Shown: in pieces, positions 53,168 through 64,000 of the stretch
How positions within the stretch are numbered: the stretch's first letter is position 1
How the letters are laid out: each line of letters starts with the position of its first letter
Assembly (NCBI RefSeq): GCF_006345805.1
Contig: NC_043003.1
Location: forward strand, 111,662,001 to 111,726,000
Direction of reading: 5' to 3'
DNA: 64,000 nucleotides
Origin: Octopus sinensis
Lineage: Eukaryota
Notes under the pieces: model-generated
Databases searched by the model: none
What the model was told of the DNA's origin: nothing
Seen by the model: the letters and a program-made list of their open reading frames with translations, nothing else
Made by a program: the position numbers and the translations under genes

Positions 53168-53329
53168 TATTATTATTATCATAATTATAATTGTTATTCA
53201 ATAGTTTTATTTTCGTAGCGTACTTTCACTTCACTACCGACCGCAGCTCTCTGTGCCTTGGGTATGTGCTGTGGTTTGCTGTGATGCCCTTAGGGTTAAT
53301 GTATTGAAAGTTTACCATTAGCAATTACA

Positions 53330-53730
53330 TCGTTTTAACCATGCTTTGGAGAAAAACAACTATCTTCAGTGAATCGAAAAGGAGTCATGTTTCATCAAGA
53401 CGATGCGCGAGCCCACACTGCAAAGATCACATCACAGAATATCAAAGATCTATATGGAAAAAATTCCCCATCCACCTTATTCTCCCGTCCTTGCTCCATC
53501 AGACTACCATTTGTTTCGTAGTTTACAGAATCATTTCGCAAACCAGGAGGAGGTCGAAGCTGACATTTCAGAGTTCTTCGCTTTGAAACCAAAAGAGATT
53601 TACATTGATGTGATTAAAATGTTTGCAAATAGATGGAAGGAAGTCGTAGATGATAAAATTTCAGTTAAATTTAACATTCGATCACTCGTTTTCTTCATTC
53701 AAAATTCGGGCACAACTTATGGAATGGCCT
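53330..53730 (+). mobile_element. Mariner transposase 3' remnant
   Basis: PHPPYSPVLAPSDYHLFRSLQNHF...EADISEFFALKPKEIYIDVIKMFANRWKEVVD. Confidence 0.9.
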
Positions 53731-53754
53731 GATACATGACGGGATTCCACATAG

Positions 53755-53900
53755 TTTCCTTCAACAGTATTCACTCACAAACCTTTGGCCGGTCAGAGAA
53801 TAAAGTAGAATATAATTTGCCGAACTTCCGCACATTGGGAATGAACTGGAAACCTCGTGGTTTGAGGGCGAGCTTTTTTAACCATACAGGAATACCTCAT
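53755..53900 (-). mobile_element. Diverged SINE 5' head fragment
   Basis: CACTCACAAACCTTTGGCCGG...AGTAGAA...TTGCC...; related to 43565-43690. Confidence 0.5.
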
Positions 53901-54803
53901 TTGTATTACATTTAATATTTATATGATTAAAATATGATGCGTGGGTTTATATGTGTGTGTGAGTGTGTGTGAGTATGTGTGTGTGTATTATTTAAGTCAT
54001 TTGTAACACATTCGAGCAAACTCGTGTAGAAGTCGCTATAAGATATTTTGTGTATGAGTCGGAATGTGTGAATACTCATTGGGCTTTGACCGGTGTGGGA
54101 CATATGATTTCCTACATTCTTTTGCCTCGGGCATATCAGTAAACATACTGTTTGCCTTATTGACTTTAAGAATGAATTGTTCTTATAAGGCTGTTAAAGC
54201 CAGATTTGGTATTTTCACACTAACTGTCCCATTTCTTTCTCGATCTAAGTTTATGCCAGGGGCTGCTCATACAGTACCTTCTATTTTTGCTATTGTTATT
54301 ATTGAGGAGCTACTGTGATTTTTGTTGGTGAGGTTGATGGGGCTAACAGCGTTGGCCTTGATTTTGTTGTTGGAGTTGTTGATGCTGGAGGTGAAATTGT
54401 TTGTTTCTTTTTCACTTCTCTCCACCGTTTTACATACATGTAACTAGATACGATTGTGTACGAGTGGATATGTGAATCTTCTCATTGGGGTACGAAAAGG
54501 CATGGCTTTTATTTGGCTTCGGCACTTCACTGATGTTTTTGATAATTTGCATAACGGAGATATGTACTGCGCTCTTAACATCATATTTAGAAGTTTTTGC
54601 TAAAGACTGAGTAACTTTTTAAAAAATATCGTGAGATATCGAAAAAGAAATTAAGTAATACAGCCACTTTATTTGCCGAAATGCATGTATGAATTAATAT
54701 CTACAAAATGCGAAATATGTTTTCTGTATTTCCTTGATACGCAACACAAACACACACTCACACACACACAGACACACGCGCGCGCACTCATATATATATA
54801 TAT

Positions 54804-54933
<130 letters not shown>

Positions 54934-55410
54934 GAGAGAGAGAGTGAGAGAGAGCGAGAGAGAGAAATAAAGATCGATATATACATATATATAGAAACAA
55001 ACATTTGTATGTGTTGTGTATGTTTGTGTGTGCGTGCGTATGTTTTTTGTGTATTTATATAATATATACTCCCACGTATTCAGATGCGTGTTTGATATTA
55101 TACGTGTGCATGACAGATTGTTTTAGACAGAGCATACATAAACAGAGATGGTGTGTAGATATCAAAAAATGAGAATTGATAAATAAATATTTTCAATAAA
55201 TATTAAAGAAGTAAATTCCTTCAATAACTACTATTATACATTCTCCGTTCAGAGAAAATATTTTCGATTTAACAAAATTAGTTTTAGTGACAAACTAAAC
55301 TCTAGGAAGTAATCCAATTCATGTTTATTTAACTTGTTGATACCGAAGATGATTTAACAGCTAATTGCATGTTCTGAGCATTCACTATCAGCCCTAAATG
55401 TCCTAATATA

Positions 55411-55748
55411 TTTCTTTACTACCCACACTGGGCTAAACACAGAGGGGACAAATAAGGACAGATAAACAGATTAAGTCGATTACGTCAACCCCAGTGCGTA
55501 ACTGGTACTTAATTTATCGACCCAGAAAGGATGAAAGGCAAAGTCGACCTTGGCGGAATATGAACTCAGAACGCAGCAGCGGACGAAATACCTATTTCTT
55601 TACTACCCGCAAGGGGCTAAACATAGAGGGGACAAACAAGGACATATAAACAGATTAAGTCGATTATATCGATTTTGAACTCAGGACGCAGCAGCGGACG
55701 AAATACCGCTAAGCATTTAGTCCGGCGTGCTAACGTTTCTGCCAGCTC
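55411..55748 (-). mobile_element. Tandem/chimeric SINE dimer
   Basis: TTTCTTTACTACCC.CA..GGGCTAAAC... starts at 55411 and again at ~55594; the second copy is internally deleted and carries the head (...GCTAACGTTTCTGCCAGCTC). Confidence 0.85.
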
Positions 55749-56934
55749 ATGCGTATATTTTCGGCTGTCACACGCTTTAGCGTCGAAACTGTGACCTAAC
55801 TCAGCTGGTCTGTATCTGCTTTAGTTAGGGCCTCATTTTAGCAGAGCTGACTAGAATAAAGATGAGTGAGATGCTATTTCCAACATGCTAACTGATAAGG
55901 CAAATGATTTAGCGATATAAGTACACATATATAAATTACATGAATGTGTATCTATACATACACAACTAAGAAACCATGGTAGGAAATGTAGTTTCACCGT
56001 GAGTTTCAAATTCTTTAAAACTGTTTGGCTGTCAAAACATATGCCATTCACGGCTGAAGCATGTTACGTAAACAATTAATATACGTGTACTAATGAGTTC
56101 TTGTGTTTGTGTGTGTGTATGTGTTTGTGTGTGTGTGTCTATGTCTGTTTGTCTGTGTGTGTGTGCAATCATACCCATGCATATATAAGTCTATGTATAT
56201 AGTTCTATGTATATATTACTCTGTGTATGTAAATATATATATTCTCATATTCATAGAAACGGACAGGCACACACGCATATATACACATATACATATTCAT
56301 GTACCTATATATGTATCTACGGACGCAAACACATGTGTATATAAATAATATATTCTTCAAAGATGAATGAAATAGTACAAATAGCTTGAAATTTGGATAT
56401 TTTGGTTGACAAGATTCTATGTCCTCCCTATAGATTTTATACTCTGACGTTAAGTTATTTCAGACCAATGATAAATATATATTCGCTCAGAGCATGATTT
56501 ATTATGCCATATGTTTTATCACGTATTATGTATCTTTTCTGGTTCGTTTATTGCCAAACCCACAAAGTCGAATGATTTATGCAACATAGCCTAAAAGGGC
56601 AATCGTGTTTCGGAGTTTTCCGAAGTTTAATGAGTTTAGCCACACTTACGCACGCGAAACTTTATTTCAAAGAATCGTATGTGTTTCTCTATTATTTATA
56701 TATACGTGCGTGCGCGCGCATATGTGTAGGTGTATGTGTGTCTGTCTGTGTATATGTGCATATATGTATGGATATACAAATATATGGATATATATATATA
56801 TATATATGTGTGGGTATGTGTATGTGTACAAAGATATACATATTTACATATACAAACACATATATATCTATCCATATATATATCAATGTGGGAGGTATGT
56901 ATATGTATGTACTTGTACATATATACATATATAA

Positions 56935-56980
<46 letters not shown>

Positions 56981-57682
56981 TTGTGTGTATGTGTGTGTGT
57001 GTGTGCGGGAAAGGTAAAAAAGAAACAAATAAAATGCACACTGGTATAAAATAAATGGCTTTTTAAATAAAAACGGAGATATATACATACAAATAATTGA
57101 TTTAAGGTGGAATTAAGAAGTATGAAAATCCTTATCACGAGTCAATATAGAAAGGCATACCGGTTACGTCATTGCTGTTCACTATCTTTGAATCAACACC
57201 GATTTCCAAACGGTGTTTAATAAAACAGTACCTGAGTGAAAAGATGGCATGCTAAGGAGGTAAGCAGGAGATGAAGTGGTGTAATTAGGTTAATATGAAT
57301 AATAGTGTATGAATGGTGTACAGGAAATATGAGGGTTTGAGGGAATATTGGTATTAGTAAGGTTAGTAGTGTCCTGTATTGAGTTGCGTGTTCATGATAA
57401 TGATTTCCATACTTCTTAATCGCGTCGCTCCTCATTTATTGGGCAACTATATATCTTTTTTTTTTATAAAAGAAAAAGCTCTTATTTTTATACCGAGCGT
57501 GTGCATTTTATTTGTTGTTTTCACTTTCCCCTATTTACACTTTTAGTCTTATACATACATACATACATACATACATACATACACCATATATATATATATA
57601 TATATAAAAGAACTGGAATAGCTATGTATGTATGTATGAATATATATATATATATGAACTGGAATAGCTATGTATGTATGTA

Positions 57683-57746
<64 letters not shown>

Positions 57747-58136
57747 ATATATATACATACATACATACATATACAAATAACTAGAAAATGGGGAAAACAC
57801 AGATTAACCGGTACTTGATAGGACCACTTTTAATGCTTGCTTATTGATACAAGGCAAGACATAACAAAGCTAAGACCTGTTTCTGATCAAAGTTCCCAGA
57901 ATGCAGTCTGTTCATAAACGCGAGAATAGCTGATTCTCTCAACTATGTTCTCTGAGGTCCAATGGTAAATAATTAGGTGCTCTTAACATATTGGTGTTTT
58001 AGACTATTTTCTAGACCATGCTTTCTTACCTCTTCCTTCTCTCTTTTGCTTATATTGTTCGCTCTTGTTTTTCACTCTGATGAAGTTCGGTTGCCTTAAT
58101 TTTAATGCCTTATGAAGATGAAGTTTATTCTTGCAC

Positions 58137-59427
58137 TAGCAGCAAAACCCGGCGTTGCCCGGCTATGTAAGAAACTTTCTCGATAGGCAATGCCCTTTAC
58201 CTTTTTTACCTTTTTTTGTACCCAATGAACCGCTATTTTGTAAGATGAAGCCTAAAAGGCATTTAGGCATTCAAGGCATCGTTCCCTTGCATGCATGAAG
58301 AAGTAGAGAAAATCTATGTGAACTTTCAAAAAATATCGCAGAAAAATCGGTTTGCTATGTGTGCCACATATGATGTAATTAACCAATTTTTTGCAGTAAT
58401 AACGTATCCTATTGGAATCAAAAGGGCCATATAGTTCCTTGGAGCAGAGATGATGCTCGCTGTGAATTAAAAAAAAACTCCTGCCAATTTGTTAAAGATA
58501 TTGTCGAAAATATATCATCTTGAATTTGAACGCCATTTCCCAAAATGGCCTGATATTATCGATTTTTTCTGATGGTAAGGTATTGCATGGAATTAAGTTC
58601 CTTAGAGTAGCATTAAGCTTCACCATGAGTTTCATGAAAATCACTTGCAAGTTGCGAAAACTACAACGGAAAATGTGTTGCATATGATAAGCTTAGATTC
58701 TCGAACCCATGTCGATCTTTTTCACAACCGGGGGAACTTTTCAAAATTTTCGCTGCGTTAGTCTTCAATTATGACATTGGGCTATGTGTGTGTCAAGTTT
58801 CATCAGAATCGGTTGAAAGCCGTGGTCAGGGTGAGGGTACAACCTGACAGACACACAGACAGACAAACTGTCTTTTATAGAGAGAGAGATTTTTTAATAG
58901 ACTGCATTGTAGGAATTTTAATGAGACACGGCTTTTAAGTTTGCATCAATAAACAAGCTTTAAATGTGATCCTATCAATGTTCTGCTTAATTTATGTTTT
59001 TCTCTGTTTTCTAATTATTTGCATTGGTTCCTGATAAACTTTTGCGTTCGACGTATATGGTGTCCCTGCACGCCATTGCCCGGGGATAAAACTTGTAACG
59101 GATACCGATAGTACATACTGATATTTTTTTTATTCCTTAGTCGGTTACTAAAACTGCTAACTCTCTCTGTCTCCATAAATATGTACATATGTATATATTT
59201 TCAACTGATTTATAGGGGATCAATTCCACAGGTGATGTCTAGAATGTCATGATTAGAATTTTTCTTATGTTGCGTAAAGAGAGAAAGAACCCACATTAAA
59301 GTTCTTAATGTGCAACTTTGGTGATCTTGGAATCATATCTATTCCAGTTCATTAGAGAAAATATAAAAGAAAAGTCAAAATCTCTTTAATTCCACGTGAC
59401 ACGGGCAAAACCGGGTATCTCTGCTAG
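58137..59427. mobile_element. DINE-1/HINE-like (Helentron-associated) non-autonomous element or inward-facing pair
   Basis: Ends CTAGCAGCAAAACCCGGCGTTGCCCG and CGGGCAAAACCGGGTATCTCTGCTAG are inverted; internal AAGTTTCATCAGAATCGGTTG followed by a (GACA)n run. Confidence 0.55.
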
Positions 59428-60729
59428 TATATATATATATATATATATAAGATCCAAGGATTGAGATGTTGGAAGAAAGTCAAATTCAAGCAATCCGTAG
59501 TAACTATATTTTTTAAAATCTTTCGGGGACAATAGTGGATTATTTAGAGGAAAGTTTGTGGATTTTTAATATTTCGCGGTAGGCAACCAGGATTGCCGGG
59601 TATGCGATTAAGAGTACTAGAGTTAAGATAATATCCAGGCCAGGCTACATATCTTTTACAGTGAGCGGAACCTCAGAAGTACCGAGAGAGAGAGACAGAC
59701 ATAAATAATGGGTTGTATACATTCATCTAATTATTATCTGCTTACAATTGTTTAGATATGCGATTGGGTGCGTCCATGGTTCAATCTAATGCATCGGTCG
59801 TTTGATCATTTGGGAATATAGTGACCCAGGAAATCGAAAGTGTTTTCTTCAGAGTCAAAACAATTCTAACGTAGTCGTATACCTATTCTCACTTTACTTG
59901 TTACACCTTATTTCTAATTCCTGATTCTTAACCATTAAGTTTAAATCTTTATATTTATATGAAGCCGTAGCAAATATATAGACTTTAACATTTCAGTTTT
60001 AAAGTGGTAAGTAGTCCCGGGCAGCGGTTAGTTTCTATCTCTGCGTATATTCCTTTGGCACATTCCAAAATATAGTAGTTTTCACTATCAGTCTGTCAAT
60101 GGCCAAACAAAATGGTAAAGTATCAAACTTTTTTACTGGATGTAAATACTTTTCACCCGCGGTAAGAGCGAACTGGCTTAGCGTCAAATGCTAAAAGTAG
60201 ATTAACTAAACCGTTATAAAATACCACGTTGGTGAAATTATTTTCTTTCTCATTTCTTCTTTTTCATTCGTAGTGAATTTGTTTTGCCTATGAAGAAGAC
60301 AACTTCGAGCTGCTAATTCCTATACTTGCAGTTCATCAATCGATCGATTGATAAGCTGTAACCATGAACGCTTTCATGCGCATATCTGAAACAGCTGTAA
60401 ACTTATAACGAATAGATAAATTCATATATCCAATTATTTCTACCTATTTTATGTATCACTCTGTTAAAACGTACCTTATAAACTAGTTGTTGGAACTACA
60501 GAATAACAAATCTTAGGAGTGATAAATGTGGTTCTGAATTACTTGACGTATAAGACTGATCAAGAGACGTGTATTTAGCATGATGCAGGTTTATCTACAA
60601 AGAACTTAAGACATTTTTCACCCCTTTAATCCATTTTTCTTTGAAACAATCAGCTCACCTATACACAAAAACACACACAGACATACAGAGATACACACAC
60701 ACAGATATATATATATATATATTATATAT

Positions 60730-60809
<80 letters not shown>

Positions 60810-60889
60810 CCTGGTTGTATGATAAAATGTTTGTTTCCCAAGAACAGCGTACCTACCACCTTTAGCAAGTGAATTTAACTATAGAGTTT

Positions 60890-61200
60890 GGCCGAGAAAT
60901 CCTCCTGTGCAGATTAATGGCACTCCTGATAGAGTTCTGCCGGGATTGTCTGCAGCTCGTTGCATGGCTCTGTTAAGGGTTTTTCACGCCAGAAAAATGG
61001 GTCACCTTGGTAACCCCCTAGAGATTGTGGGAAAGAAAACGTCACACGAAGCTAGGTCAGGTGAGCAGAGAGGTTCTCCAACCTGCGTTGTTCTCAACAA
61101 GGCATTGCAGGATGCACAGGGCATTGAAAATTTGCGTGTAGTCGTGGTAGACAAACGCCGAGTTGCCCTGTAACAATTCTCGCCCCTTCTAATCTCTATA
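60890..61200 (-). mobile_element. Mariner transposase 3' remnant
   Basis: Minus strand PLCSPDLASCDVFF (YSPDLAPxDF motif). Confidence 0.7.
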
Positions 61201-63029
61201 GCTCATAAACCGTAGCCCATAGCTAACACACCGCACGAAACATTGTCGCTTTTCTGACAACTCACGTATACGATATGGAGTACTTACATGTTGGTGAAAT
61301 GGAGTAGATTGAAAATTTAACAGGCGGAATATTTTTCAATCGGCATAGGAAAATGAATATTCATAAAAATATGTAGAATTTGTATATCCAGGGTGGGACT
61401 GGTGTCATTATATAAAAAAAATATTTCTTCATATTTCAGAAAATGAGATATATTTTTTATAGAAACGTGCGATTTCAAACGATTTTCATTTACTAATGCA
61501 AAGGATATAAACATCGCTTCAAACAATATTAAAGATACTGATGGATCCGGAATTGTAACGTTTTACATCGTTGTCTTTATTCACTTTTCATATCCCCAAG
61601 GTTATCCTGTCAGTAACATTTCGTTAAATAATTAATGATAGCTTGAAAAGAGGATGATTAAAGAATTTCGTGAGGCGAAACATAAAGTCGACAATGCTTG
61701 CGTGCGATAGAAGCCTTCAAATTATGTAACATATCCCAAGACAACTGCCGATTCTCCGTTGGTGAAATACGCCTTTACAATATAAACAACGCGAGGTTGA
61801 CGTGATATAAATGCGCAAAGCTGCTATCAAATCAAACGAAATTGCTTATGAATAAAATATGCACCTTACAATATGTAATTTCCTCTCCATAAATTCGTAT
61901 TTAATGAAATTATTATTAATTTATATGAGAAGCAAATTTCTTATTAACTTCCCGATGAAGCAATATATTGGAAATAGATTTTCATTTGGCATATTTCCAC
62001 TGCGCACATACAGTCTTGAATATCTCAACAGAACGACATCAAACCGTTAAAAGCCTGCTACAATGTCTTAATCTTAGGTGATGTAAATTATACGCATGTA
62101 TCTACTCACCATCGGAACGTGTTTCATTACTATAACTAATCCAGACGAAAGTATTACGCACACATAAACCAACACGCAATTATATGACGTATATATATAT
62201 TATATATATATATATATATTATATATATATATACACACACACATATATCTGTCAGGTACGCAGTGACTAACAACAGACTGTTATAGTCGTGTCTACTGTG
62301 TGTCTGACAATATATATACTTAGGTTGCGAATGAAAGTGCAAGGTGGCCGTCACCGTTTACGTGGTGATTGCGTTTTATTGGTTAATTTTCAATCATCAT
62401 TAACCAATGAGTGATAGGGTGGCATGTAGCTCTCATCGATAATTTCGTGTTACTCATTTTGGCCTTCTTCGTTGCATGGTATGTCGCTTTAGATTTTACA
62501 AATAATTTTCTAAATATTAATATTATTGATATTTTTAAAAACACATTTCTTTATAATACGGTTTATAATATGGTAGCTGCTGTTCAGTCTATCTCCCTAT
62601 GATAAACATATACGATAATTATAATCGATTTTATCGGAGCTTTTTTGATATTGTGATAGTCACACTATTTTAATTGGTGGGCGTTTGAGTGTGATTTTGT
62701 TCAACGCTACCAGATTATTAGGAGAAATATGGCATATATAGAAAATATTACAAACGTTCCCTTAAAAAGTACGAAAATAGTATTAAAAAATGCGCACACG
62801 CAAAATGGTTTCAGAATGTCGTAATAAACCTTTAAAATTATGGGACTAGCATTGTTGCTCAAAAATATTGGAATCACTCTATGTTGTACATTCTGTGGCA
62901 TCCTTTCGTCACCAAAAAATTTGCTTAGCTCATCGAAATTAAGTTATATTAAAAATTAAGTCAGTTATCGTACACGCAGTATTAACAAAACAATTGTGTA
63001 CAAATACTATTGCGATCTTTACGTAATAA

Positions 63030-64000
63030 TTCAGAAACACTAACTTCACCAGAATTCCCCAAATCAACAAAAAAATAGAACAATTTATGACGCCTTGGAA
63101 TCCATCATCCTCAGTCTATAAAATTATATCCTTTCTAAAGGACCTCAATTCAAGATCGATCATGACAGGTTCGGCCTGTGAAATGCATAGTCTTAGCATA
63201 CCTTGACGTACTGTTAAAAACTTCTTCTAAAATCTACACCAAGTTTTCTAAGAGATCTCCAAGAGGTATTAAACCATCTCCCGAGAAACGTTAAGAGAAA
63301 AGTTAAAATCTGCAGTTCAATTGATATAATAAATCATTATACTACCATCCCACACGAGCAGTAGTGGGATGGTAGTAGTATCTTTGTAGCTAAGATTTCC
63401 TAATGGAATTCCGAACAAAATGCATAATTACGTTATCACAAAGGGATTAAAATTCATAGAGAAAACTTCATTTCCGAGGAAAACTCCTATCAACAAATAT
63501 CTGAGACTCTTTTTGGATAAAAGTTGCCAGAACATACGCCAACATCGTCTTGGCATAACTAGAAATCCAGTTGTATGAACAAACCAAATCAGTTTACAGT
63601 ATCCACTTAAAAAATTGTCCAGTAGATTTTAAAAAAATACTTTGGTGCCTCATTCTCTGCACATACATCTTGATGAAATCAACGATTTCAAATCCCTACT
63701 ACAAAGCAAAGATATGAGTATTCTTTTCACTATAAAATATAGCCAAAACCAAGTAGAATCCCTTGACAATTTGATCATAAATACTAACACGAAACATAGA
63801 AACCAACATCCACTAAAAGCCAAGAGACTCTGACCAGTACCTACTATGCACTTCGTGCAACCCGGTATGTACTAAGAGCTATATTCTATTTAATCAAGCT
63901 AGAAGGGTCCAAATAATTGTATCCAAACCGGAAATTCAGAATAAAAGACACTTTGTGATTAAAATAAGAAAGAGCCAGTTTATTATAATAGGTACTTGTA
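63030..64000 (+). mobile_element. Decayed PLE reverse transcriptase (runs off the window)
   Basis: PQINK, SIDIINHYTTIPHE, YQQISETLFG*KVARTYANIVLA, FTIKYSQNQVESLDNLII, KPRDSDQYLLCTSCNP, FNQARR: collinear with PLE RT motifs PKIHK / FDVxSLYTxIP / QxxGxAMG / FLD / KPT. Confidence 0.85.

Noticed and set aside
54060-54580. Minus-strand Pro/Thr-rich coding-like stretch (possible LINE ORF1)
   Set aside because: Many stops and no diagnostic motif; cannot classify.

Overview
AT-rich eukaryotic DNA packed with (TA)n/(CA)n/(AAT)n microsatellites, tRNA-derived SINEs and decayed transposons. The SINE heads and overall style suggest a cephalopod (Octopus-like) genome; this is inference from recall, not a search. 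No intact long ORF is present and almost all of the supplied ORF track is microsatellite noise. A few AG/GT-bounded candidate exons on + suggest the window is intronic within an unidentified host gene. The main signal is a dense cluster of type I hammerhead ribozymes (HHRs) in at least six mutually unrelated sequence families. It includes two tandem arrays with one HHR per ~485-bp unit: 23.3-27.8 kb (8.6 units plus an inverted partial copy) and 45.9-48.1 kb (3.1 units plus 1.4 inverted units). Most of these elements share one architecture: a head-to-head fold-back inserted in a (TA)n tract, with one arm ending ~80-150 nt earlier than the other. This resembles Penelope-like element (PLE) pseudo-LTRs and non-LTR retrozymes, and four decayed PLE coding remnants lie in the same window. 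Also present: four mariner remnants, one internally deleted Gypsy element, a DINE-1/HINE-like pair, a LINE 3' end, about ten SINEs and several local duplications. All coordinates were read by eye and may be off by a few bases. Homopolymer-type indels suggest residual long-read error.
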